A stretch of 64,000 bases of DNA from Eledone cirrhosa (GCA_964016885.1 OZ024740.1:151528001-151592000); one strand, 5' to 3'; positions 26,330 to 40,309 are shown, counted from the first letter of the stretch. Made by a program: numbers and translations. Notes: generated by a model from the sequence alone, not told the origin.

Positions 26330-27255
26330 CATATATATATATAAATATATAATTGTTTCTATTTTTGGCACAAGGCCAGCAATTATCCAGTACATTACTG
26401 GTATTTTATTTTAATATATAATAAGGAGTTGACGGACCCAGCATATTTATCAATGCCAGGACCGGTTGTATCTCAGCACACTCCATGGGCAATGTAAAAT
26501 ACATTCCCAGAGTATACACATAGTTATTCGCTTCAATACAACACACGTAAAACGGGTGCCTATAATAGTTCCGGACTCGAGTTTCGGTCGCACTAATGCA
26601 CCAGTAAGGTGCACTGCACCATCCGTCTGCATATATTATGCAACAATGCACAATCGGCTTATGCGGTTTCATCACCGGGTATCGCCTAATCAATAACCAA
26701 TCGATCGACAGAATCCAAACACCAGCCCATGCCCGTCATGACTGTGACAACCGACACGGTAAAGCGATTAGCAACTGGCACCCGATACAATTCTGTCTCT
26801 CGACCGGCCACCGATTTACAAATTTTACGTGGTGACGGGAGACTAGAAAACAAATCTTTTCGCTCCCGTGGTGGAAGCATTTCTGAATTGGGGAGCCCCA
26901 AATTTTGACAATTTAATTTTAGAGATTAGTTTAGCTCTTTGCACGCTAAAATGGTCAGACAACTTCGATATGGGAAAAACATAACATGTACATAAATGGT
27001 AGCGCATATCCAAATAGATGTGTGTTTTGGTAAATTGGGGCGAAAATATAATTATTGGAGGGGGCATGCCCCCACCCCCATCCACTACCACTGTATATAT
27101 ATAATTAAAAGAATTGTTATTTGTCCTTTCTTAAAGGCATTTGGTAAGAAACTGGTATTATACCCAATTTGTTCATCTCGTATATATTGTTTTACCCTTT
27201 TGCCTGTTCCAGCCATCCGACTGAGGTCATGCTGGGGCACCGCCCTTGATATTTA

Positions 27256-27292
<37 letters not shown>

Positions 27293-27639
27293 TCATTTAT
27301 TATGGCTATTGGTGAGCGCACTCACAGGATCACCAGTCTTGTCTGGTGAGTACGTAGGTGAAACTCCAAAGTAACAAGGTTAGCCATAATACATGAATAT
27401 TTTAACTCTACATAGGTATTGAGTTTTAATTCTTATGTTTATCAATAATTCACGAACTCACAGGCCTTCAATAATCATCTCGACCTCCTGCTTATTAATT
27501 TGTCGGACCCCTCCCGGTTTTTATTCCACCCGTGACCCCCAACCGCTTATTAAATTTTGCTTATCTATCTCCAGCAAAATGTTATAGTAAGTGATTCATA
27601 TTGATACAGCAGCTAGAGAATCTAATAATTATTTTATTT

Positions 27640-28560
27640 TATCTGTATCTACTAAAACCAAACTCTACCCCTCTCTATATTTACTGCAACCCCACCTCTC
27701 TTGTCCCACTCTCTACATCTAATACTAATACACTCTCTCACTCTCTATAAATATCTCCCCCAATCCCCCTCTGTATATCAATCACCCCTAAGCTCCCACT
27801 CTCTCTATATCTACTAAACGACATTCTCCTATTTTCCCTCTCTGTATGTCTACAACCACCAAATTCTCCACCTCTCTATATCTACTACACGGTACTCTCT
27901 TCCAATCTCCCTCTCTATATAAATCAAAACCAAATCCCCCCCCCCCTCTATATCTACTACACGGAACTCTCTTCCAATACCCCTCCCTATATCTATCAGC
28001 ATCATTCTCTCCCCTCTCTATATCTAATATACAACACGCTCTCCCAGCCCCCTTCTATATATCAATTACTACCGAACTATCCCCCTCTGTATATATCTAT
28101 CATACAACCCTCTCTCTCATTCTCTCTCACTCTATTCCTCAATACCAAACTCTCCCCCTCTCTATATTTGTCAATACCAATCTCTAGCAATCCTCTCACT
28201 CTAATTAGTACCACCAAACTCTGCCTCTCGTTACATCAACCATATAACACTCTCTCCCAATCCCACTCTCTATATCAATTAGCACTAACCGCCCCCCCCT
28301 CTATATATCTACTAGACGGAACTCTCTTCCAATACACCTCTCTATATTACTCAACCTCAACCCCCCTCTCTATATCTACTATACAGAACCCTCTTCCAAC
28401 CCCTCTCTATATCAATTAATACATAACTCTCCCCTTCTCAATATCTACTATACGGTACTGTCTTCCATACCCCCTCTATATATCAATTAGCACCAAAGAC
28501 TCCCCCTCACTATATCTACTATACGGAACTCTCTTCCAATCCCATTCTCTATATCAATTA
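27640..28560. repeat. diverged minisatellite (ctctctatatctacta../ctctatatcaatta units), resumes at 34295-34410
   Basis: Repeated units; 28501-28560 is nearly identical to 34308-34368. Confidence 0.8.
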
Positions 28561-28760
28561 CCACTTGATATAGACGTGATTTACTTCGCTCCGGATTTTT
28601 ACGGATTATTGTCAAAAAAACTGTGAGTTTATTGCTCAATTTAATAACATTGTTTAGTTTAACCCCTTGCCTGGGCCGTTAGACGTTGAGTCCACTAATT
28701 TTCGCCCCTTTCTTTTGCGAAATTTTCAATTTTCATCTCAAAACTGTAGACTTGGTGGCA

Positions 28761-29819
28761 ATGGATGCCATTTCCACCTCGCACACTGTCGTGAGTGCCA
28801 CGCCCACTAAGAAAAGTGGTGGAGGGAAGGTAGGAGTACAAAGCTTGCAGCCTTCCCCCCTCGCATCATCGAAAAACGTTAAAAATATCGAAACCACGAA
28901 ACCAAACCCGGTAAATAATACCAGCACCAACAAGAAGAACAATGACAATAACACTACAACCAACAACTGCAACAATAGCAACACCAAGGAAAACATGAAC
29001 AATATTACCAACAGTGACAGCAACAAAAAAGACAACAACACCAAAACAACATTCGCACAGACTGTAAAAAAAACGAACTATACACGCCAATAGACATAAC
29101 AAATGCTAAACAACTATTACAAGACGCAAAACAATTCGTGACTTTTGGCGAAAACGGTGTTTTAGCATCAATTCTCCACAGGAATTACGTAGAGAGGCTG
29201 TCCTGAAAACTGTGGTTTTCAGGACAATATCGAACGAAACAAGAAAACCAGCTCAATCAACACAAAATGAAAATGACTGGTTCTAAAAGATGCAATGAAG
29301 GACTTAACCTTCATACAAAAAGGTAAACTGTTTGGTAGCATTTCGGTGCTAATGAACAACCAGTTAACAGCTCAAAAGTACTCGATATCACCCATTGTGT
29401 CCCCCCGCTTCACCTTTTTCCCCACATACATTTGAAAAAGGACACAAAGAATAAAAATAATGAGTATCACACCAAATATAAATATTTGGTGGATACTATG
29501 TGGAATCATTAACTTTGACGAAGACAAGATAATTTCAATAGGAAAGTCCTCCGGAGGTGTATTTGGTGGGACCACCGTAGAAGTTCTGGTGCAAATGGGC
29601 CCAGAACGAATAGCGAATATCCCACAACGCGTGCCTCTGGACGGGCTAACTTATATAAACATTTCAGTGGAGGGAAGGCGGCTGTCATGTTACCACTGCT
29701 TAAGCAGGGGTCACCTGAGGGCTGCCTGTCCTCAATTAACGAGTAAAAAAAAAAGGCTCTTCTGCCAACCCCGAACACAACAACACACCACCACCACCAC
29801 CACCACCACCACCACCACC

Positions 29820-29850
<31 letters not shown>

Positions 29851-30587
29851 CCACAACAACACGGAAAAATAACAACACAAAACACTGTTCCACCCAACCC
29901 CTCCCCACCTAAAACAAATACAAAAGCAACCACAACAAAAGCCCAAAATATACCCCCTCCCCTACAACACGGAAGAGGACTCCGCATCAACGTCACCCAG
30001 TGACGACGAGGGAGAACCCTTTCAACAGGTGAAAAGGAAAAAAAAAGGCACCACATTAACAAAAATGCTACAAACACACAACCACCAGCACAAACAGAAC
30101 AAACATCACAAATTAAAAAAACCACCCCTCCCCAAAACATAACACGTACTACAAAACACAAACACGCACAAGAACAACAAACAAAAACAAACACAACACA
30201 ACAAAAACTCTATACATACATTAACAAGAACAATAAAACGTTGATGAAAGCGATAGAAAATAACCCTTCGGTGGAAACCGAAGGGATCACTTTCACCTAC
30301 GCAGCGAACAAACAGCACCTAATGATGATTAGGGTCCCAAAGGAAAGCTATATAACTTTGAAAAAGAACCATCCAATGCATGTGGGGACCAACTGCACCA
30401 AACCACATAACAGCGTCCTATTGAGATGTTTCTCCACCCCACACCAGACACCCACACCCCACCAAACACCCTAATCCCACCACACACTGATGTCCTCACC
30501 CCACCACAAACCACCACCCCACCAAACAACCCTTCCAACATCCCCATGGAAATTGTGCAGCCTGGTCCCCAGGAGACGAAGAGGTAA
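28761..30587 (+). pseudogene. LINE ORF1 (gag-like nucleic-acid-binding protein), frameshifted
   Basis: TFAQTVK motif, CYHCLSRGHLRAACP zinc knuckle, low-complexity T/N/K tracts; split over several frames. Confidence 0.75.
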
Positions 30588-30629
30588 GTAATTTCCTTTC
30601 CTCTTCCTTTTTAACTCTTCAGCACCAAC

Positions 30630-33600
30630 ATGGCCAATATAAGAGTTGGATGTGTGAATGCACGCGGCTTGGGGATGTCCTGGAAACAGGGCAAACTCTT
30701 AAATGACCTCAGGTCGCACAGAGTGGATGTAATGGTTATTTGCGAGTCCAGGATCAGCAGCGAGCGCCAACTGGCCCCCATCTTCGACGACTTTGAGATC
30801 TACGCATCTCTCTGTCAGCCGAGGGGTGGGGGTGGGGTTGTCGTTCTGCTGCGAAAATACCTGGGTCTTGCCACACAAAAGGTACACCTGGACCCGGAGG
30901 GTCGACTGGTGGTTTTAGACGTCGGCAGTGGTGAAGGTGGAGCTTTCAGGCTGGTGGCAGCGTATGCCCCATCTGGGACACCGCGACCGGATTTCTTCCG
31001 ACGCCTGGAGAATTTCCTGGGAACGTCTCGCTCCTTGCTTTTAGTGGGAGACTGGAATGGTATCCTGGATGCACGTTGGGAATATGTAGGAGCATGTCCC
31101 GATAGAGGGGGGTGTAACAGCCTCAAACGATTAATCGGCCGATTTGATCTGGCCGATAGATATCGACTAGATTTTCCGACTGTGCCACGGTGGACGTGGA
31201 GTAATCGCAGCGGAACATCTAGGTCGTACCTAGATAGGTTCCTAGTTAGAAATAAGGATAGGGACATATTAAGCTGTCCACGAATGTTCATGGTTTACTA
31301 TTCGGATCACAAGTTGGTGACCGGAGTGGTCAACCTTGATAGAACTCATAGACAGGAAGCTAAACTTGTCTTTACCGACAAACAAAGCTTAGAGTAAGCG
31401 GATTAGCACACTAGTTAAGCAGCGTTTGACGGGGGCAATTGTCAACTAAAGGTGGTGGGGCTCTCTCAAGAGAGAAATTAGAATAAAATCGATAGGTTTT
31501 AGTCGGGAATTAGCATCAGATAGGAATAGAACTGAAAGGGAATTAACAAATAGAGTAGAAGAGGCGATTAGGGGTGGCAACGTGGCCAGCGTGCTGGCGT
31601 CAAGAACGGCCCTAGACCAGTTCTTTGATGCGAAGCACGAGGGCTGCGTTGTCAGGAGTAAAATACGTGCTCTGGGTAACGAGGGAGCCAAAGCTGTTAG
31701 CTGGGCCCGAGTGACAGAGGCAAAAAGTGGAAACAAGTCCACGATTCGGACTTTGAAGAACCAGGATGGACGCGTGATCCTTGAACCTGAGCGGATGAGC
31801 GGCCTTTCAACGGCGCTTTGCACGACTGTTCAGGAGGGGCGGCGGACCGGGTGGGGCCATGGATTTCGGTCCATACCTCGACGGTCTGGCGCGGCTCTCG
31901 GACGGGGAGGCGAAGTCCTGCGAGAGGCCGATTTCAGCCACTGAAATAGGGGAAACGCTGAGCCAATGCGGCAAACGCAAATCTCCGCGTCTCGATGGTC
32001 TACCATACGAACTTTATGTAGCGATGTCGGGCTTGTTCTCCGGTCTCCTCGAGGCGGTCTACTGCAACTGGCAACAGAACGGGAGAATTCCCAGTTCTGT
32101 GACCAAGGGCGTAGTCACGCTGGTGAGGAAGGACGAGAATAAGTGGGATGACATAGATAACTTCAGGCCCATAACTCTGCTAAACACAGAGTTAAAGATT
32201 TTGGCCAAGGTGTTAGCGAAGAGATTGGCGCTTGTCGTCGGGAACCTGGTGGGAGAAGCGCAGACATGTGCAATCCCGTCCAGGTCCATACACGGCAACC
32301 TCCACCTCATGCGATACATCGTAGAGAGGGTAGGGAACGAACCCGGGTTTGGTGGGGCCTTGATCAACTTCGAGCAATCTAAGGCGTTCGATAGGGTTGA
32401 CCATCGGTACTTGGATGCGGTGCTCGTGGCGGCAGGCTTCGGACCCGTTTTCAGGGGCTGGATTGCTGCAATGCACAGCAGCAACACCTGCTCGAGGGTC
32501 AAGGTGAACGGCTACCTCTCGGAGCCGTTCCAAATCACGTGATCCATTCGACAGGGATGCCCTCCCTCCTCCCTCCTGTATGTGCTGGCTATCGAGCCAC
32601 TACTGCGGAAGCTGGAGCTGTTGCAGGGCATCCCCTTGGAACCGGGATTGCGGAAAGCGGTGTCGGCCTACGCCGATGACGTGACAGTAATGGTGTCGTG
32701 CGCCTCGGAAATCGGGCAGATCGGCACCTTACTGGAGGAATATGAAAGGTTCACAGGAGTCAAGCTTAACCGGGACAAGTCAGTTGGTTTGCAACTCGAG
32801 ACGTGGAGGGGCAAAACGATGCCCTCCGACGGCATCGTCGGACGCTGGACGGAGGGACCGGTGAAGCTGCTCGGGGTCTGTTTCGGACCGGACCTCCAGG
32901 TGGAGAAAAACTGGGACGAGGTAACGGGCAAGGTGTTTGCACTCGCCCAGAAGTTGGCCGAGTGCAAACTATCCCTGAAAGGTCGGACGGAGGTGGCGAA
33001 CGCTTACATAGCGTCCGTCATCTACTACCGCTTGACCGTCGTGCCTTGCCCAGAGAAAACACTTGCCAAAATGGAGCGCGCGCTCTTCCGATTTCTTTGG
33101 AAGAAGCGGGCTCCTTTGGTGAGAAGATCCATCTGCTGTCAACACCCTACGAACGGAGGGCTGGGGTTGCCGTGGCTGACGATGCGTAGACACGCATTAA
33201 GGCTACGGCACCTCCAGGTATTCCTCACCGGTCAGCCGGTGTGGGCCCTGTTTGTGAGGCGAGCCTTTCCGAGACTCGTCTCACTCACCGAGCTGCAATC
33301 CTGGTTCAAGCAAAGACCGAGAAAAGTGGGCGACTGGCACATTGAATGTGCCCAAGCGCTCACGGCCCTCTGGCAAGCGGATCCGGCAATCAGTGGAGAC
33401 TCAACCTCAACATTCTATAGAGGGTTGGTGCGCAGTAAGTGCGACGACGCTCTCGGAGAGGCTCTGGGCATGGATGAAGACGAGCTGGCCAGTCTGTTCG
33501 GTAGGACGTTTGGCCCGGGACTGATGGACAACTTCCAAAAGTCCCTGGCTTGGTAATGTTACCGAAGAGCTCTACCCGTTTGGCACAAGCTCTACAGACA

Positions 33601-34051
33601 CGGGCGCCCGGGTAGGGACCCCTCGAAGAAGATCTGTCCAAGATGCGTGCGTGACGAGGAAACCGTCGCAAACGCATTCGTATACTGCCCGGGCGTTGCT
33701 GACCTGTGGGACTATGTAGAACGACTACTGTCGCGGGTGGGACCAATCCGGTTGACCATCGAGAACATTGTCACGATCAAACCGCCTCCCCCTTTCAAAA
33801 ACGAAGGAGAAGCGGTTTTTCTCTGTGTGATAGCCATGGCGAAAGAAGTTGTATGGTGGACAAGGTTGAAAGGGCTGAGGTCAGACACCTTTCTCTCCGG
33901 CCAACAACTGGTCTTTTTTTTCAAGTACCACTTTAGAAGAAGGATCAGAATGGAGAGAGAGGTGCTCTATCCCAGCAAGTTTTATGAAAGATGGGTGAAA
34001 GTAGCGAGAATGGCCCGAGTGAATGGGCCTTCTCTCTATATCAGCCTGTAG
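30630..34051 (+). pseudogene. LINE ORF2 (APE endonuclease plus reverse transcriptase), with frameshifts and stops
   Basis: NARGL, YAP, GDWN, YLDRF, SDH (APE); FRPITLLN, KAFDRVDH, RQGCP, AYADD (RT); GGLGLP; CPRC..EET..C. Confidence 0.92.
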
Positions 34052-34692
34052 GTGAGAGAGGAGAAGAATGAGAAGAGGAAGGAAGCACCCGCTCTTTGTG
34101 CTCCTGGAGAGGAGGGTTGCACATTTTTCGGGGGTGTGTGCAAACCATGTCAACGCCCCTCCCTATTGAGGACATCGGTTGCTAAATTTAATTTGTTATA
34201 TGTTTTTTACACGTATTTTAAATGTATGTAAACTCCCCCCTTTGTATTTGTCCCATTCTTTGATGCCCTGGTGGCAAATAAATAGAAATATATATTACTC
34301 AACCTGATCCCCCCTCTCTATATCTACTATACGGAACTCTCTTCCAATCCCATTCTCTATATCAATTAAAATCAAACTCTCCCCTTCTCTATACCTATAT
34401 CTATCTCTCTCAACTGTCTCTACATAACATTTACATAAATTGTAGCGCATATAGTAATATATGTGTGTTTTGGTAGTTTCGGGTGAAAAAAAAAATATTT
34501 TTTCGGGGGGGATGGGGTGCATGACCCTCAACCCACACCCACCCACCCTCACACACACAATAAAAGTTCCACCACTCCTGATATATGTATATATATATAT
34601 ATATAGTTTAGGAATTGTTACGTCAAGTTACAGTTGGTTCAGCAAAATGAGCACTCGAAGGTATAGTTCCCACCTCGTCCAAACTTATTACT

Positions 34693-35073
<381 letters not shown>

Positions 35074-35116
35074 TTATACTTTGGGAGGGTCATGTTGCCA
35101 ATAAGAAACACACGCA

Positions 35117-36740
35117 AGATCAACCACAAGAATATCTCTCAGGAAACTACCCCACCAGTACACAACATAGCACCTAACAATTTGCAGAGCCACAATGCGA
35201 AGGCTGCACAGAATAATACTTCAAACTGCAATTGTCAACTACCAAGTGCCCATTAGCGAATAGATGCCTGGATTCTAGCTTAGTGTACATGTGTACTGTA
35301 AACTCGGGCAACTCCACCGGCACTACATTGGATCTACCGCGGGTGTTTTTAAAAAAAGATGGTATGTACACAGACATTCAATGGAGAACCGTGCACTGGG
35401 GAATTCCACAACCCTCGCCAATAAAATCTGGCAACTTAGGGACAAAAACCTTGATTACAGTATTAGCTGGTCGAAATTAGCGGCCGCAAAGGCCTATAGC
35501 AGCGGTTTGTCCTATTGCGGGCTCTGAACCTTGAATGGCTACATATCTTAAGGTACGATAAAATGCTGCTTAACAGCTAAATAGAAAAGTCAATTTTCTA
35601 CAGATATAGGATTGCTACTAAATTTACGAGATTTAAACCACCGTGATTCGAACCAGCATCCCTGAACTTAATGGAAAATCACTTAGAATTTAACATATGA
35701 AATCCGCATTCTCACACAGCCCACTTCAGAACCATAAACTTTTATAAACATCTTCCAGCCTCCCTACATCTATACCACCAAGATGGAGCAGTAATATTTA
35801 CAAACATCTACCAGTTATCATGTCTGCCCATAAATCAATCTAGCATTTGCTGTTGTTTATTCTTTTGGACCAAACAATTATATCTACATATCTCACATTA
35901 GCACCCATGATCTCTAACAGATGAACTTAATTCTAAGTACATTATCTTATTACCCTTACACTCCTTGAAACTCTTATTTTCTTATGTTCTCCTTATTACT
36001 ATTATGATCATCTCAATGTACCCTATCCCTAATTTTATTCATCATGTTCTCTATCTATTTACCATGCATATTTTATTGTTGATTTATTGTCTTAATTATA
36101 CGCTATTTGTCATCGAAGTTGTGAAAACTAAACCCCCATGATTCGAACTAACAATCCCAACATTTAAAATAAACCACCTAAACCTTAAAATACTGAATCT
36201 ACAATTTCAATTAATACCACCTAAGAACCATATATCTTTATACACTCACTCAAACAATATAACTAAGTTAATACAACGAAAATACTTATCTGTCAGACCA
36301 TAAATCAATCTCCGGTTTATTGCTAGCGTGCCTTTAGACCCACAGCACACTTGTATCTAGATCACTCATAATTGCACTTAAATGGGCAGATTCTAAAAAT
36401 GTTATTAGTTATCTCTTCATCCCTCAAAAACTACATCTAAAGTAACCTATAGTAGTTTTCACATGTCAACTTCATACATCTGTATCATATCACTTAGGTT
36501 ACCATGCTAGTTTTATGATTTTATCATTATATTCTATTTCCCACTTATATTGATGTTATTAATTTAACTATTCACTATCTAGTTATTTTGTTATTGATAT
36601 TATTGTTCTGGTCTAATACCACTCCTCTATAAAAGCCATGCCTTGTATATTATCCTCTCATTCGCTCGCTCTGATGAATTAACTGGTTATGAACAAAGTA
36701 TTGGAGTCCGATTGACGCAACATCAAGCGATTAGCGAACT
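35117..36740 (+). mobile_element. 5'-truncated PLE: GIY-YIG remnant (35117-35645) plus long 3' UTR
   Basis: [43 protein letters not shown]; decayed HHR at the 3' end. Confidence 0.8.
36661..36738 (+). ncRNA. decayed hammerhead ribozyme
   Basis: tcgct-CTGATGA-attaactgg..ccgattgac-GCAA-catca-agcga; GAAA is mutated. Confidence 0.4.
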
Positions 36741-37045
36741 CTAGACCTACCAGATCAAAGAAACAATTGTCAGCACTGTGAATAAAGCCCTTATTGTACA
36801 GACAACCATGTTACTCTTATCTCTTGAATAATTATTATTACTCCAAATATAACCTACATAGAAATCACCGTGAACTCGCTGCATCACTATGGAAGCGTCT
36901 TGTTGAGTCAAACTAAGCCATACGTTAATACCATCCACAACACGGAGTACTCTAACTGGACTACCTCTAAGTGGATTACCTATAACGATAACTTGTTATC
37001 CCGTATATCTATTTTTCTTCCTCATAATCGTCTCTTTCTCCCTGT

Positions 37046-37107
<62 letters not shown>

Positions 37108-37112
<5 letters not shown>

Positions 37113-37680
37113 AAGTATATATCCCTACACGCAAAAAACGTATAGGGACACATGTATTGTCCAACCATATGCCAATGTGGTTCAATGGCAGGTTAATAAA
37201 TTAACGAGCCAGAACATATATAATCAAGGTTTAGCAAATAAGAAAAAGTTTCAAAATAAATGTCAAAAAATTCACTGTACTCACTATGGTTACCTTTACC
37301 GAATCGGTTTCGTGTCTCAAAAATAAATGGATAGTCCTTGCGGGCTTCCATTGAAAAGATAAACTCTCGTCAGAAGGTTCTTTTCACTCAGAGAATATAA
37401 CATTTCCGAGTTCAAATTACGAACTGGCGCTATTCAAAATTGTTCCCGAGATGAGAATGAATGATGTGGAAGCAATTCTGTCCAGTGCCGTGTGCAAAGA
37501 TAGAAGGCAGAGACAGGGAGGTCAATCTACTACCACTATAAATAGCATGAGTCAAAACGACCAAATTTCACCTCGACCAGGAGGAGAATAATAATAATAA
37601 AGTATATATCCCTATACGTTTTTTGCGTGTAGGGATATATACTTTATTATTATTAATCTCCTCCTGGACGAGATGAAATT
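37108..37680 (-). mobile_element. ~490-bp non-coding HHR-bearing unit with terminal repeat and fold-back, inserted in (TA)n
   Basis: aataaagtatatatcccta at 37108 and 37597; 37565-37680 inverted. Confidence 0.7.
37292..37378 (-). ncRNA. hammerhead ribozyme with long stem II
   Basis: acctt-CTGACGA-gagttt..aatgga agccc gcaa ggact atccatt..agacac-GAAA-ccgattcgg-TA-aaggt. Confidence 0.75.
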
Positions 37681-38454
37681 CGATGGTTGCTAGACACTGT
37701 ACTGCTTAATTCGGGATGTTTGTTTACAAACACACCGAGCATTATAATAAATGTTCGGTGAATCCATACGTACATATATATATATATGTGTGCATGTATG
37801 TATATATATATACATACAACTGTACGTCTGTATACATATATGTATGTACGTGTACATACTTATATTTAAGTAACAGCCGTACTAAGAGTGAGAAATGAAA
37901 TTTCGTTTCATTTTTTCCGTTTATATATATATATATATATTTTTTTTCCGTTTATATATATATATATAATATATAGGTGTGTGTGTGTTTCTGTATATAT
38001 GTGCATATATATATAGTTTTTTATTCCTTAATTATAATTTTTTTCTTCTCTTAATTATACTTTTTATCTGGCTACCAACGTATGAGTAACATTTCATTTA
38101 ATGAACTGTGTGGGTGTTTTACATTTGTATGTGTATATGAGAGTACTAGAACATTCAGATATAGCTTAATCAAACTTTTAGCGATTCCTAATTATAATTG
38201 TGTGCTAATGGAAATATATTTGACGTTGGACTTGAAAAACTGACGTACAGGCACTAATGAATATATTATGGTGTGCATTAATTTGGTTGTAAATGTGTGT
38301 ATGTATATGTATGTGTATTTATGTATGGATATACCTGTCTGATTATAGTTGCATGTGTGTGAGCGCGTGTGTGTGTGCATGTGTGTGTCTATGTATATAT
38401 TGCATGTCTTTAAATGTGTTCGTGTACATATATATGTATTTATATGTATGTATA

Positions 38455-38519
<65 letters not shown>

Positions 38520-38520
<1 letters not shown>

Positions 38521-39283
38521 CAAATATAAATTAGTGAGAATCGTATTTTGGCTATTGGAAATTAGCGAAAAACAACTTCCGAGATGTGTGGCAAGCGCTC
38601 CATAGAAGCTAGTGAACTAGAGCAACAACATAAGTTAAAAGGCCAAACACACTGAGACGATGGTTAAACCATTATCCGCACAGCCATAGAAACGACCAAG
38701 TAATTCGGGTCAAACAAATTATATATGATTGAAAATTATACCCGGTCCCCTGGAAGGTTGGTAATATCCAGCATTTGGGTTTCTGCAACTCCTAAATCAA
38801 GTACTGTCTGCTTAGACAAATAATGTTAAGCTTTTGGTATGATGATCGAACAAGGAAGTCACTTTTTCAACAGGCTTTTAGTTCAGTGCCAAGCCAAGGA
38901 CTGACCGTTATCAAAACCCACGTGGGGTTTAACATGGGGGCAACCCTTAGTTTTGGCGGATGAATTCAGTATGCGTGTTATTGAAAATTGCAAAATATCA
39001 CAAAACGAATTAAGCTCTCAACAGAATGGTTTTAAAATTAACAACAGCTATTAATCAGTCAATAGAATTAAACAAAAAATATCAAGAAAATTAACTGGTC
39101 AATAGCTAGACTCTGGAGATTAATACAAATATAAATTAGCGAGAATCGTATTTCGGCTATTGGAAATTAGCGAAAAACAACTTCCATAGAAGCTAGTGAA
39201 TTAGAGCAACAACATAAGTTAAAATGGCAAACACACTGAGACGATGGTTAAACCATTATCCGCACAGCCATAGAAACGACCAT
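38520..39283. repeat. ~605-bp unit with direct terminal repeats (38520-38698 and 39124-39283)
   Basis: acaaatataaattag..catagaaacgacca is repeated; the second copy has an internal deletion. Confidence 0.75.
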
Positions 39284-39574
39284 GAAAACATTTTATTACA
39301 GTTGTATAAATTTACAGTAGAATAACATTACAAATATGTTTTAAATATATTCATAAATAACATAACAAATGCATAAATAACACCAAAAATTGCTCGCAAT
39401 TCTTTCAGAAGGGCAAATATTTCTAAACCGTGTATAATAACACAAATAATAAAATAATATAAAAATATAAATTCATGAACAAAAATGACAAAGGAAAGAA
39501 AGAAGAAGGGGGGGGGGGCGTGCAATTCACCACCAAGTGTAACAATCTGCAACACCTCACAACTTAAGGGTTAA

Positions 39575-39915
39575 CTACATATTTTTAGGCAAGCCAACAC
39601 GCTCGCAGAATTTACCACGGGTGATGGCGAGGCTAAAGCGCTGAAATAACCAACCACCGTCACGGGCATCACCTGACATCTCAGTAGGGCGAGCCGCCAG
39701 GGAAGACAAGAACTTCGCTGGCAGCGGCCCAACTCCACCGAATGTCTCGAACTCCACAGGCTGGAAAAAATAATTGTTTGATAAGTCCTGGTATTTCCGA
39801 ATTTTATTCCGTTCGGCAGCGGAAGCAGTGACTCCCCACATTCACAGCGGTTACCATGTTGTGGGAGGGGGCAAAAGAGTTACAGACTGTGACGCCCATG
39901 ATGAGACACCAACCT
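39575..39915 (-). mobile_element. 3' fragment of a CRE-like RLE LINE
   Basis: AAERNKIRKYQDL..FQPVEFETFGGVG..WLFQRFSLAITRG. Confidence 0.75.
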
Positions 39916-39917
39916 CT

Positions 39918-40046
39918 ATTCAAAAGTATTAAATGAGAATCAATCTACTTTCATTAAAAACAGTTTTTTAGTGATTAAAAGTTTATAAGTGATTAAAAAG
40001 TGTTTTTAATGAAAGTAGATTGATTTTCATTAAATACTTTTGAATG
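39918..40046. repeat. fold-back with ~45-bp arms
   Basis: attcaaaagtattaaatgagaatcaatctactttcattaaaaaca is inverted at 40003-40046. Confidence 0.75.
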
Positions 40047-40239
40047 TACATGCTCTGCTTATTTCCTAAATAATGCATCACTAACTTTTTCCCCGTTTTA
40101 ATCAAACTCTTCTCTTTTCTCCTATATATATATATATATATAGTGTTATGTATTTCCGTAGAAAAGGTAAAAGAAGGAAGAGTGCTCTATGTATAGTACA
40201 GAGCTATTTAATTATATAATAAATAATACAATATAATTA

Positions 40240-40309
40240 TTCCATTACCTAAGGTTTCACGAAACTAGACGAACTCAATAGAGGCGTCCAATTCGTTCAT
40301 CAGCTGAAA
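40240..40309 (-). ncRNA. hammerhead ribozyme, mirror copy in fold-back 40204-40430
   Basis: Diverged reverse complement of 40325-40394. Confidence 0.65.

Larger units (their letters stand above)
28561..34290 (+). mobile_element. near full-length L1/Tx1-type non-LTR retrotransposon, decayed
   Basis: ORF1 with CCHC knuckle, ORF2 with APE, RT and C-terminal finger, 3' UTR ending aaataaatagaaat; interrupts a minisatellite. Confidence 0.92.

Noticed and set aside
30699-34153. Antisense and alternate-frame ORFs inside the LINE (and at 54.7-57.2 kb inside the PLE)
   Set aside because: Shadows of GC-rich retroelement coding sequence
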